Below are positions 9,706 to 20,188 of a stretch of DNA of 64,000 nt, piece after piece. Made by a program: the position numbers and the translations under genes. Where the stretch lies: NCBI GenBank assembly GCA_963772725.1, contig CAVYYI010000003.1, positions 416,001-480,000 of the forward strand. Direction: 5' to 3'. Within the stretch, counting starts at the first letter, position 1. The number at the start of each line of letters is the position of its first letter. The stretch comes from an uncultured Phycisphaerales bacterium (GTDB taxonomy: Bacteria; Planctomycetota; Phycisphaerae; Sedimentisphaerales; Anaerobacaceae). The notes under the pieces were generated by a model. The model made no database searches and was not told the DNA's origin. It worked only from the letters and a program-made list of their open reading frames with translations.

Positions 9706-10566
9706 ATGGTGCGGCGTTGTTTTTTATTTGTTGTTTGCAGCTTAATTATTCTGAACTGTTCTTGTCAGTCACTTTCCACGCCGGTAAAGTCAGAATCGGT
9801 TACTGCGATTATTGGGGCATTTGATAAAGAGGTTGCAATACTTCAGGAAAAACTGAGCGATAAGCGGGAGCAAAAAATCGAAGGGATAATGTTCGCGACC
9901 GGAAAGCTCAATGGCAGAAATACTGTTGTGGCCTGGACGGGAATGGGTAAAGTGAACGCAGCGATGACGACGACTTTGCTGATAGAACATTTCAGGCCGA
10001 GCGAAGTGATTTTTACGGGAATTGCCGGCGGAATCAACCGGGATTTGCGGCCTGGCGATATAGTCATAGCGGAAAAAACGGTTCAGCATGATTTGGGAAT
10101 TTTTACCGAAAAGGGTATGCAAAACACCGGCGAGACAAATCCTCTTAATGAAAAGATGAATCCTGTTTTTTTCCCGGCGGATGAGCGGCTGTTGAAATTC
10201 GCGGAAATGGCGGCGCAAAAAATCGCTCTTGAAAATATAAAGACATCTATTGGTGAAAGAAGACCAGGGATATTAAAAGGCGTGGTAGCTACTGGAGATA
10301 TTTTCGTTTCATCATCGGCAAAATGTGCCGAACTGCGGAAACGTCTTGGGGCTGATGCGGTTGAGATGGAAGGGGCGGCTGTGGCACAAATATGCTATCA
10401 GCAGGAGGTGCCCTGCATTATCATTCGCAGTATAAGCGATAATGCGGATGAAAATGCACAGGAAGATATGAACAAATTTTACATCATGGCGGCGAGGAAT
10501 TCTGCTGCCCTGGCTGCAGCAATCGGTGATTTTTCGGCTGAACCTCTTAATGACAATAAAAATTAG
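9706..10566 (+). CDS. mtnN: 5'-methylthioadenosine/S-adenosylhomocysteine nucleosidase with N-terminal signal peptide
   Basis: IIGAFDKE, GMGKVNAA, FTGIAGG, VEMEGAA, IRSISD; hydrophobic Cys-containing N-terminal extension. Confidence 0.9.
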   Translation: MVRRCFLFVVCSLIILNCSCQSLSTPVKSESVTAIIGAFDKEVAILQEKLSDKREQKIEGIMFATGKLNGRNTVVAWTGMGKVNAAMTTTLLIEHFRPSEVIFTGIAGGINRDLRPGDIVIAEKTVQHDLGIFTEKGMQNTGETNPLNEKMNPVFFPADERLLKFAEMAAQKIALENIKTSIGERRPGILKGVVATGDIFVSSSAKCAELRKRLGADAVEMEGAAVAQICYQQEVPCIIIRSISDNADENAQEDMNKFYIMAARNSAALAAAIGDFSAEPLNDNKN

Positions 10567-10603
10567 CTCAAAATATCCGTGATAATTTTTAAGGGAATAA
10601 AAG

Positions 10604-11929
10604 ATGGTCGGGAAATATTTTGAATTAAGGCAGCGGCAGAGCAATATTAAAACCGAGTCCATAGCGGGCATAACAACATTTCTTACGATGGCTTATATCA
10701 TTTTCGTAAACCCGATGATTTTAAGCGCGGCGGGGATGGATAAACGCGCCGCAGTGGCGGTTACGTGTTTAGTCAGCGCGGTTTCAACGCTGATTGTCGG
10801 GATTTTCGCAAATGCGCCGATAGCTATGGCGCCGGGGATGGGTCTTAACGCATATTTCGCCTTTCTGGTCGGCACGGGAAAAATGGATTGGCAGACGGCG
10901 TTGGGGGCGGTGTTTTTGTCAGGTGTGTTTTTTCTGCTGCTAACGCTGCTGGGTCTGCGTAAAAGGCTGGTTGAGGCGATACCGATGTCGCTAATTTCGG
11001 CAATCGCGGTAGGGATTGGGTTATTTATCACGTTTATCGGCCTGACAAAACTCGGCGTGATAGTGAAGAATGAAAACACGCTTGTTTCCGCTGGGCCGCT
11101 GACGTTTACTGTTTTGATAGGGCTTATCGGGCTGGTTGTTATGGTTGTGTTCGAGATGAAAAAACTCATCGGCGGGCTGGTAATCGGAATTTTGACTTCG
11201 ACCATGCTGGCGACTGTGTTCGGAAAGGTTGAAGTGCCGAAAGAAGTTTTTGCGTTTGAGCTTAACATAAGTCAGCTCGCATTTCATTTGGATGTTCTCG
11301 GGGCGTTGAAATGGGGATTTTTCGGTGTCATTTTCACGCTGATGTTTATGGATATGTTCGACAGTATCGGGACGCTGGTGGCGTGCTGTCAGCAGGCAAA
11401 AATGGTAGATAAGGACAATAAGATTAAAGGGCTGGATAGACTCCTGTCTATCGACGCCATTGCGACAATGCTTGGGGCGGTTTTGGGAACATCGACAACG
11501 ACGGCGTATATCGAATCGGCGGCGGGTATCGAGCAGGGCGGCCGCACAGGTTTGACTTCTATAGTTACGGGCTGCGCATTTCTGGTGGCGATGCTTTTTG
11601 CGCCTATTGTTGGGATAGTGCCGGAATACGCCACGGCGCCGGCGCTTATTATGGTGGGCCTGTTTATGATGAAGGAAGTGCGTCATATCGATTTTGGAAA
11701 ATTCGAGGATGCATTTCCGTCTTTTGTCATAATGGTAATGATTGGCCTGAGTTACAGCATAAGTACGGGGCTGGCGTTCGGGTTTATCAGTTTTACGCTG
11801 ATTAAACTGATTTCGGGGAAAATTCGTGAAATCAAGCCTGCGATGTGGATTATCACGATTTTGTCGCTGCTTTTTCTGCTGCTCAACCGGCTGGCGGATG
11901 TAATAAAGCTGCTCAAAAACCTCGCTTGA
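10604..11929 (+). CDS. NCS2/AzgA-family nucleobase permease
   Basis: TTFLTMAYIIFVNP, APGMGLNAYF, DMFDSIGT, YIESAAG...GGRTGLT. Confidence 0.93.
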   Translation: MVGKYFELRQRQSNIKTESIAGITTFLTMAYIIFVNPMILSAAGMDKRAAVAVTCLVSAVSTLIVGIFANAPIAMAPGMGLNAYFAFLVGTGKMDWQTALGAVFLSGVFFLLLTLLGLRKRLVEAIPMSLISAIAVGIGLFITFIGLTKLGVIVKNENTLVSAGPLTFTVLIGLIGLVVMVVFEMKKLIGGLVIGILTSTMLATVFGKVEVPKEVFAFELNISQLAFHLDVLGALKWGFFGVIFTLMFMDMFDSIGTLVACCQQAKMVDKDNKIKGLDRLLSIDAIATMLGAVLGTSTTTAYIESAAGIEQGGRTGLTSIVTGCAFLVAMLFAPIVGIVPEYATAPALIMVGLFMMKEVRHIDFGKFEDAFPSFVIMVMIGLSYSISTGLAFGFISFTLIKLISGKIREIKPAMWIITILSLLFLLLNRLADVIKLLKNLA

Positions 11930-11974
11930 TTTTTGTTTTAGCAATCATTTGTTTGTCATTCTAAAGGATATTAT

Positions 11975-12418
11975 ATGCGGGCGGTGATACAGAGGGTTAC
12001 GGGAGCAAAGGTTGAGGTGGACGGTAAAATCGTCGGGCAGATAGATAAAGGGATTCTGGCTTATGTCAGTGTCGGCAGGGACGATACGGCCAAAGACGCG
12101 GAGTTCATAGCAGATAAACTGGCCAACCTGAGAATCTTTGCCGATGAAAACGACAAGATGAACCTGAGTGTGAAGGATATTGGCGGCAGGATTTTAATGG
12201 TGAGCAATTTTACCCTGCACGGGGACTGCCGAAAGGGCAGACGGCCGGGCTTCGACGCGGCGGGTGAGCCGTCATCGGCGAAGGAACTTTACGAAAAGAC
12301 GATTGAACTGGTGGGTCAGAAGGGTGTGTCGGTCGAAAAAGGCGTATTCGGTGCGCACATGCAGGTCAGCAGCGTCAATAACGGGCCAATTACTTTTATC
12401 ATAGACAGCAAAGGCTGA
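11975..12418 (+). CDS. dtd: D-aminoacyl-tRNA deacylase
   Basis: MRAVIQRV, SNFTL, GRRPGF, NNGPITF. Confidence 0.95.
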   Translation: MRAVIQRVTGAKVEVDGKIVGQIDKGILAYVSVGRDDTAKDAEFIADKLANLRIFADENDKMNLSVKDIGGRILMVSNFTLHGDCRKGRRPGFDAAGEPSSAKELYEKTIELVGQKGVSVEKGVFGAHMQVSSVNNGPITFIIDSKG

Positions 12419-12580
12419 AAAACCGCTAAACCACGGCGAGGAAAAGGCCGACTTATAAAATGAGCAGTATTTTCTTATAATACGCAAAAATTTCTTTGAC
12501 ATTAGCGGTTTATAAAACATAATTATAAGATTTAACGTAGTTTGTTAATGAATCGAATGCGGTTTTGAGCAAAAGAACAG

Positions 12581-13817
12581 ATGATTAACGAAACGAATTA
12601 CGACAGTATTTTTGGCAAAATGGTCATTGACCAGGGTCTCTGCACAAACGATGAGTTGCAGCGTTCGCTGGAGTTGTTAAAAGTCCGCTATAAAACCGAC
12701 CCTGTGATGCTGAAAGACCTCATGGTTGAGTTGGGCTATGTTACCGACACGCAGGCGGAAAGAATAAAGACCAGCATCAAGGAAACCAAGACCGCGGCCT
12801 ATCAGATTCCCGGTTACAGGATACTGGGTAAACTTGGCGCCGGCGCTATGGCGATTGTATATAAGGCCAAGCAGTTGAGCCTTGACCGTGTTGTGGCGAT
12901 AAAGATTCTGCCAAAGCGATTTACTGAAAACCCGGAATATGTTGACCGTTTCTATAAAGAGGGTCGCGCAGCGGCGAAACTCAATCACGCCAATATCGTT
13001 CAGGCCATCGACGTTGGTGAGGCCGGCGGCTATCACTATTTTGTGATGGAGTACGTCGAGGGCAAGACCTTATTCGATGATTTGAACGAGGGTAAAATTT
13101 TCCCTGAGAAAGAGGCGCTGGAAATAATTATCCAGGTTGCGCACGCCCTTGCGCACGCTCACGCCAAGGGGCTGATTCACCGCGACGTCAAACCCAAGAA
13201 TATAATGCTGACTCCTGTCGGTTTAGCAAAGCTCGCGGATATGGGTCTTGCGAGAGAAACGGCGGACATTGAGGCGGCACAGACCGAGGCGGGCAAGGCT
13301 TATGGCACGCCTTATTATATTTCGCCTGAACAGATTCGCGGCGAAGTTACCATTGACGGCAGAGCGGATATTTACGGGCTGGGCGCGACCTTTTATCACA
13401 TGGTAACAGGCCGAGTGCCATTTATGGCGGACGACCCCGCTGATGTTATGAGAAAACATCTTAAAGAGTCTCTTATTCCTCCTGACCATATAAACACAAC
13501 CCTTTCCGCTGGAGTATCCGAGGTAATCGAGGTTATGATGGCAAAGCGCAAGGAAGAGCGATACGAAAATGTCGAAGAACTGCTCGACGACCTTATAGCG
13601 ATTCGCGATGGCAGGCCTCCGCTGCAGGCACGGAAAAAATTTGATGATACTATGCTGTCCCAGTTAGCCAAAGGTGAAGAGCTTAAGCCTGCCGAAGAAG
13701 AGGAAGAATATGAAGAAGACCCCATCAGCGCGTTATAAAGTGGCGTTAATAATCCTCAGTGTCGTAGCGGGCCTGCTTCTTATCGGGGTCGTTTTTCTAG
13801 CCTCACGTATGCTGTAA
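12581..13817 (+). CDS. Hanks-type Ser/Thr protein kinase with C-terminal TM helix (frameshift near 13730)
   Basis: LGAGAMAIVY, VAIK, HRDVKPKN, DMG, GTPYYISPE; the shifted frame continues RYKVALIILSVVAGLLLIGVVFLASRML to a stop at 13815-13817. Confidence 0.9.
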
Positions 13818-13901
13818 TGATTTCCCCAAGTTGTTGCATCATTTTTCATTGACTAATATTTAATTCCCGTCATAATTATTACCTAAAGAAAAGGTATTAA
13901 G

Positions 13902-14951
13902 ATGTCAGCTTATTCAGGAGCATCGAAACTTATACATAAAAGAATCGCACATTTCTCCAATGAGGAGATAACGCGGGTTCTCAGTCATTACGATATCGGG
14001 AAAGTTCATCGTATTGAGACCCTGTTCGGCGGCAATGCCCGTACCCCAAAGATGGCGGTTATATCCGACAAGGGCAAGTTTCTTGTTAAACGCCGTCCCA
14101 AACGCAAGGACGACACAAAAATTGTGGAGTTCGCACATTCGGTTCAGGCTTATCTCGCCGACAAAGGTTTTCCAGCGTCAATGCCTGTGCCGTTATCCGA
14201 CGGTAGCGGCACATATCTTCAAATGCACAATCATATTTATGAGTTCTTCCGGTTTATAGCCGGCAGCCGATACGATGGTTCGGCAGGCGCGACCATCGAG
14301 GCGGGCAGGCAGCTCGCGATTTTTCATCGCCGCCTCGCGGAGTTTACCAGCCAGTGGAAACCTGTCAAGACCAGCTTCCACGATTCCACATCAGTTCGAC
14401 GGTATCTTAAAATAATCGAAGCTGGAGAAAAAGATGAAAAATTGTATGAAACCGTTGATGTCCTGACAAGTTTGTATAACGCTGCCTCTGTTAGGGCGAA
14501 TCAGCTTGGTTTTGATTCGTGGCCTGGGCAGGTTGTGCATGGCGACTGGCATCCTGGGAATATGCTTTTTGCCGGTCAAAAGCTGATAGCGATGCTTGAC
14601 TTTGAGTCTGTCAGGATTGCGCCGGCGGTTACGGATTTGGCCAACGGGATGCTGCAGTTTTCCGTTGTGGGCGGTCGTCCGAACCCCATCGACTGGCCTG
14701 ACTATGTTGACCAGGCAAAGCTTCTGCAATTTCTTAACGGCTATCGCGAGGTGATTGCGATGGAAAAAGCTCAGCTTGATTCTCTGATTGACCTGATGAT
14801 TGAGACGATTATCGCTGAGGCTGTTTTGCCGATAGCGGCAACGGGATTCTTCGGGCATTTGAGCGGGACCGATTTTCTTGTTATGATTAGGCGAAAAGCC
14901 AAATGGCTTCATAAAAATCGTGAGAAGCTTACGGAGGCGATAGAATCTTAA
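13902..14951 (+). CDS. APH / type II homoserine kinase-like phosphotransferase
   Basis: Brenner motif HGDWHPGN and LDFE. Confidence 0.85.
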   Translation: MSAYSGASKLIHKRIAHFSNEEITRVLSHYDIGKVHRIETLFGGNARTPKMAVISDKGKFLVKRRPKRKDDTKIVEFAHSVQAYLADKGFPASMPVPLSDGSGTYLQMHNHIYEFFRFIAGSRYDGSAGATIEAGRQLAIFHRRLAEFTSQWKPVKTSFHDSTSVRRYLKIIEAGEKDEKLYETVDVLTSLYNAASVRANQLGFDSWPGQVVHGDWHPGNMLFAGQKLIAMLDFESVRIAPAVTDLANGMLQFSVVGGRPNPIDWPDYVDQAKLLQFLNGYREVIAMEKAQLDSLIDLMIETIIAEAVLPIAATGFFGHLSGTDFLVMIRRKAKWLHKNREKLTEAIES

Positions 14952-14994
14952 CTCAAACAGACAGATAGTCCGTTTGAGAATTTAAAAACCAAAT

Positions 14995-16688
14995 TTAAGG
15001 TTTTTTGAACGGGGGTTCGATGTAAGGTTTATTTGCCTTGAATAAAAGCAAACGGTCAGAAAAATCTTTTTTGAGTTTTTTGCCGTCGGAGGATTGAATC
15101 AGAGCCACAGCTTTTTGGGAAAAAACTACGGCCTGCGAGAAATTTCCTGCACAGGCATAAGCGGCTGCCATCGTATCCAGTATTGCGGGGTCACTGTAAT
15201 TTGTAAGTTTGCAGGCACGTTCGGCAAATTGTATGGCCCGCTGGGGGTTGCGATATTTTTCATCATGACAGGTTGCCAGCAGCCATGCGAGATTATTTAC
15301 AAGTTCGAGCATGTCGGGTGTGATTTTATACGCCGCCTCGAAATACGATATTGCACCCGCAATATCGCCCTTTTCGCTGACTCCTGCGCAAGATAAATAT
15401 TCGCTACGGAGTTATTTTTGGTAACATCAAGGGCGTGCTTAAAAATTGTCTCGTTGTCAGACCAGTGACGCAATTGAAAATACGTTCGCGTTGAAAGGGC
15501 GGTCAAAACTGAAATCGCGATGACAGCCAGTATTACGTTTCGATGTCGCCATTTAGCGAGCAACTCAGGTACGCCCCATGCGATAATAATAAAAAGGCCT
15601 GTTAAAGTCATATAGGTATATCGGTCCGCCAATGCCTGACCACCGACCTGCACAAGGCCGATTACCGGCACGAGTGTACCGAGATACCAGAACCAGCCAA
15701 CGGGCAGATATTTATATTTCCGTGCAAAGTAAACTACAGCGGCAGTCGCGGCCAGCAGCAGCACGGCGGCGGCAAGAACCAGCCAGAGCGGCAGATTATT
15801 AATAGGATGAGGATAAAATATAGCCAGTTTGTTTGGCCAAATCATTTTCCAAATGTATTTTATGTAAGAGAAGATAACATTGGGAACGCGGAATCTTATC
15901 GGGAGTATATCAATCTGGGCTACCGAGCCGCCAGCACGCTGCGCGAGGAAAGTAATAATACACGAGGATGCCGAAAGAGCAAAAAACGGGATTTTCTCAA
16001 CAAGCAGTCGCTGCCATCCGGGGCGTTTTTTTGCAGATTCGGTTTTATTTTTGAATGTCTGGTCGTATTGAAAACGCTGGAGAGGCCAATAATCAAGCAG
16101 CAAAAGTATGAAAGGCAGAGTTACAAGCATAGGCTTAGCCAGGAGGCCGAGAGCAAAGAGCAAAATCGCCAGGAGATAACTGGCCGGCTTGGGTTTATTT
16201 ACATAACTGGTATAGACCAGTATTGTCAGCAGCCCAAGGAGTGTGCTTAAAACATCCTTTCGCTCAGCAATCCAGGCGACCGACTCGATATGAAGCGGGT
16301 GAAGAGCGAACAGTGCCGCTACAAAAGCGTTTTGCCAAATAGCGGAGGTCATTCTTTTTAAGATGGCAAAGAGCAGCAGGATATTTGCAAGGTGGAGCAG
16401 CGGATTTTCGATATGAGGCCACGCGGGTTTTAAGCCGAACAATTCGCAATCGAGCATATGCGAAAGCCATGTCAGCGGGTGCCAGTTGCTGGCATAATAC
16501 GAGGTGAAAGCCCATATAATATTGTCATAAGTCAGGCCGGTCGTTACATGCTCATTTTTAGTGATATAGTTTGAATCATCGTAGTTGAGGAAATCGTGTT
16601 TGCTAACCTGCCAATAGACTGCAAGCGTTACAATCGCCAAAGCGAAATAAGTCGAGTACACTGCTGTTTTTTGCGATAGTTTATACAT
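14995..16688 (-). CDS. TMTC-like GT-C membrane protein with TPRs (frameshift near 15370)
   Basis: YDD loop, NWHPLTWLSH, ESVAWIAERKDVLS, ADRYTY; the shifted frame gives KGDIAGAISYFEAAYKITPD joining the 14995-15312 ORF. Confidence 0.85.
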
Positions 16689-16755
16689 AAGGGTTTTATA
16701 TTAAATTTAGCGTATTATTACCGATATTGTTAAGAAAGCAAGCTGTTCCGGAGTT

Positions 16756-18975
16756 CTAATCGGATTTTGGCGGAACCGTCGGAGCGGCCTCTGCCTGTCC
16801 TGACTTACCACCCTGCTGTTGTATAGCCAGCACTGTCGCAAGATTGTTTTTGGCATCTGCATAATCGGGTTTTATCAGGAGCGCTTGCTTAAATTGTTCA
16901 ATAGCCTGGTCGATTTTGCCCTGCTTATATAATGCAACTCCCAAATCGTTGTATGTATTGTAGTTTCCCGGCAGAGCATTGAGAACCTTTCTGTATTCTT
17001 CGATAGCCAAATCGAGCTTATTCTGGCATAAAAAAGCAAAGCCAAGATTCGAGCGAGCTTCCACGAAATTGGGCTGCAAACACAGCGCCTCGTTGCAGTG
17101 GCCTATTGCCTCATCGAATTTGCCAGTGTGAGCGAGAACATATCCGAGGCTGTTGTGCGCATCCGGCAGGTTGGGATTGATTTCAAGAGCTTTACTGAGG
17201 TGCATAATGGCCTGTTCGGGTTTTCCCATCTCGGCAAAGGTTACACCTAATTCGTAATGAGCGGACACATTTGCGGGCTCTGCGATGAGAACTTTAGAGT
17301 ATTCCTGAACAGCCTGCTCCATATTGCCTTTGGCCCGCAAAGCAAAAGCAAGGTTTAAATGTATTAAAGACAAATTACTCGATTGCAGCGCCGCTCGATA
17401 ATGTACTATAGCCTCATCGAATTTGCCCAGTTTGACAAGAGCGACTCCGAGATTGGTATGCACCTGGTATAAATCGGGTCTGAGTTTCAAAGCGGCATCA
17501 AAATATTTGACGGCTTCATCAAGCTGACCAGTTTCAATCATGGCCTGGCCAAGACTGTTAAGCCCTCTGATATAATCGGGTTTGATTCTAAGGCATTCTT
17601 TATCGTGGGTAATCGCATCTTTGACCCTGCCTTTTTCGCGAAGCGGGTCGGCGATACAAAAATGAGCGACGTAATTATCCTTTGTTACATTGATTGCATG
17701 CTCAAAAAGGGTGATGCTGTCGTGCCAGTAATGCTGCTGAATAAAAGTGCATACAGACAATACCGTCAGGACGATTGCCGTCGAGGCAGTGAGTATTAAT
17801 TTTTTATTCGGAACATTCAGAAATCTATCAAACAGGGATGGCACTGCCAAGGCGATGATGATGAATAAACCCGTCAGGGGAATATAACTGTATCGGTCGG
17901 CGTAAGCCTGGTCGCCTACCTGTATAATTCCGATAACCGGCACGAGCGTTCCAAGATACCAGAACCAGCCCACAGGGAGATATTTGAATCTTCGCCCGAA
18001 TATGATTACCAGCACCGTAGCGGCAAGCAGCATTATCGCGCACAAGCCCGCGTACAAAAGCGACACGTTATCGGCGGGATGCGGATAAAATGGCGCCAGG
18101 CCGCTTGGCCAGAGCATTTTCTGTATGTAGGTGACGTAAGCTATAAGCGCATTGGCGATTCGGGAGATTAGCGAAAAACTGTAGCCCGTGTCCATCGCAC
18201 CGCCTTTTTGCTGGACGATAAATGTTATAACGCTTGAAATTATAACAGCTATAAACAGAGGTATTTTTTCAGTGATTAGCCATACCGCGGAATAGTACTG
18301 CGGAATAGTTTTCGTTTTTTGCTTCGGCGGCTTTTGACTTATCTTATTATTCTTCCAATTTAATCTTTCCAGAGGCCAGTAATCCAGCAGCAGGAGCACG
18401 AAAGGCAGAGTTACGAGCATTGGTTTTGTCATAAGACCAAGCGCAAAAAGCACAAGCACCAGGAAGTATCGCCAAAGTTTCGGCTGTTTCGCGTAGCTGA
18501 CATACGCGAGCATCGTCAGCATCCAGAACAGAGTACTTAAAACGTCTTTGCGTTCGGCAACCCACGCCACAGATTCGACACGCAACGGGTGCAGTGCGAA
18601 CAGAGCCGCCGCAAAGGCGCTTTGCCAAAGTGTCCCGGTCATTTTCCTCAGAAGCGCAAAAAACAGCAAAGCGTTTGCTATGTGTATCAGAAGACCAACG
18701 ATATGATGTTTGCCCGCATCAAGGCCGAAGAGCCTGCAGTCGAGGATATGTGAAAGCCACGTCAGCGGATGCCAGTTGCCGGCGTGGCCTGCAGTGAAAG
18801 CCCATTTGATATTATCGAGTGTAAAGCCGTTACTAAACTGTGGATTATTAACAACATAATCACTGTCGTCGAAGTTAACGAATTGATAATTCGCAACACC
18901 GTAATAAGCCCCAGCGGTAACAATCGCTATCGCCAAGTAAATAAAAACAGAATATTTATCAACGTTTTTAATCAT
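16756..18975 (-). CDS. TMTC-like GT-C membrane protein with TPR array
   Basis: FDD loop, NWHPLTWLSH, ESVAWVAERKDVLS, ADRYSY, about 8 TPRs. Confidence 0.88.
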   Translation of the reverse strand: MIKNVDKYSVFIYLAIAIVTAGAYYGVANYQFVNFDDSDYVVNNPQFSNGFTLDNIKWAFTAGHAGNWHPLTWLSHILDCRLFGLDAGKHHIVGLLIHIANALLFFALLRKMTGTLWQSAFAAALFALHPLRVESVAWVAERKDVLSTLFWMLTMLAYVSYAKQPKLWRYFLVLVLFALGLMTKPMLVTLPFVLLLLDYWPLERLNWKNNKISQKPPKQKTKTIPQYYSAVWLITEKIPLFIAVIISSVITFIVQQKGGAMDTGYSFSLISRIANALIAYVTYIQKMLWPSGLAPFYPHPADNVSLLYAGLCAIMLLAATVLVIIFGRRFKYLPVGWFWYLGTLVPVIGIIQVGDQAYADRYSYIPLTGLFIIIALAVPSLFDRFLNVPNKKLILTASTAIVLTVLSVCTFIQQHYWHDSITLFEHAINVTKDNYVAHFCIADPLREKGRVKDAITHDKECLRIKPDYIRGLNSLGQAMIETGQLDEAVKYFDAALKLRPDLYQVHTNLGVALVKLGKFDEAIVHYRAALQSSNLSLIHLNLAFALRAKGNMEQAVQEYSKVLIAEPANVSAHYELGVTFAEMGKPEQAIMHLSKALEINPNLPDAHNSLGYVLAHTGKFDEAIGHCNEALCLQPNFVEARSNLGFAFLCQNKLDLAIEEYRKVLNALPGNYNTYNDLGVALYKQGKIDQAIEQFKQALLIKPDYADAKNNLATVLAIQQQGGKSGQAEAAPTVPPKSD

Positions 18976-19699
18976 TATGGATTTTCCGACACCGCTTTTA
19001 TGGCATCGGCAAGATTGAGAGTTCCTTCATAAAGTGCGCGGCCGATAATCGCTGCTTCTATTCTGCCCAGCTTTTTGAGTTTTTTAATATCGTTTATTTT
19101 TGTAACGCCTCCAGAAGCAACAACAGGAATCTTTACCGCATCGGCCAGAGCTTTTGTCCGGTCGAAATTAGGCCCAGCCATCATTCCGTCTTTGGTTATG
19201 TCGGTATAAACAATCGCCGCCAGGGGCAATTTTGAGGCTTTTAACGCGAAATCGAGGAGTTCTTCAGGATTATCCTCAGTCCAGCCGTGCGTGGCAACTT
19301 TTGAGCCGCGAGCATCGAGACCAAGTGCAAGTTTTCCGCTGAATCGCTCCGCCATAGAGGCGAACCACTCAAAATCGCTGACCGCTTTTGTGCCGATTAT
19401 TACGCGTTCAATGCCTATGTCGAGTAATTGTTTAATGGAATCTTCGTCTCTGATGCCGCCACCCACTTCAATTTTTAAACTGCCCAGGCCCGCTATGGCG
19501 GCTATGGACTTGGTATTTACAGGCTTACCTGCCTTTGCGCCATCCAAATCGACAATGTGCAGCCATTTGCGCCGGCGGCGGCAAACTCACGAGCCTGCTC
19601 ACTTGGAACGTCCCTGTAAGTTATTTGGCGGTTGTATTGACCCTGAATAAGTCGGACACACTTTCCATCTATCAGGTCAATCGCCGGTATAATATACAT
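18975..19699 (-). CDS. hisA: ProFAR isomerase HisA (frameshift near 19570)
   Basis: IIPAIDLIDGKCVRL, VGGGIR, YTDITKDG, ASGGV, IGRALY. Confidence 0.93.
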
Positions 19700-19734
19700 C
19701 TTTGATAGTTTTTAGTTTTAAGTTTTTAGTTTTT

Positions 19735-20022
19735 TTATTCGTGCCGATAAACTTCCCAGCCCATATAATTTTCAAGAGCTTCGACAACAGCGTCGGCCTT
19801 TTGCGAGATGTTTACCGCAATGTGATGCTCAAAACCCATATTGCATATATACTGCAAAAGACCCTGAAGGTTCTGGACTTTCATCACGCCGTAACCACCA
19901 AATGTGTCGAGTTTATCGTTCGTGAATGCGCCTTGGCCTGCGTAACAGCCTATAACGCCAGCGGCGGCGTCTGGGAAAAACTCTCTGTTTCCAACGATTA
20001 CACCGAATGTTAGTTTCTTCAT
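19735..20022 (-). pseudogene. L-fucose/L-arabinose isomerase-family gene with large in-frame internal deletion
   Basis: N-terminus FGVIVGNREFFPD fused directly to C-terminus TFGGYGV...GFEHH...GWEVY; only 95 aa. Confidence 0.75.
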
Positions 20023-20188
20023 TTTATTTTCTTTAGCTTTTGAATTATCCTAACCGGTTTTATCCATTTTTCTTAAAACCGGCCCAAAATGAACCGGATT
20101 TTCCGCGATTTAAGCTAACAGAATTTATATAAGAAAACATAATCTAACAAAGCCAAAAGCCATTTTCAAGAAAATTCAGGAAAAAATA

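Noticed and set aside
11021..11944. 307-aa minus-strand ORF
   Set aside because: Antisense shadow of the NCS2 permease; no motifs
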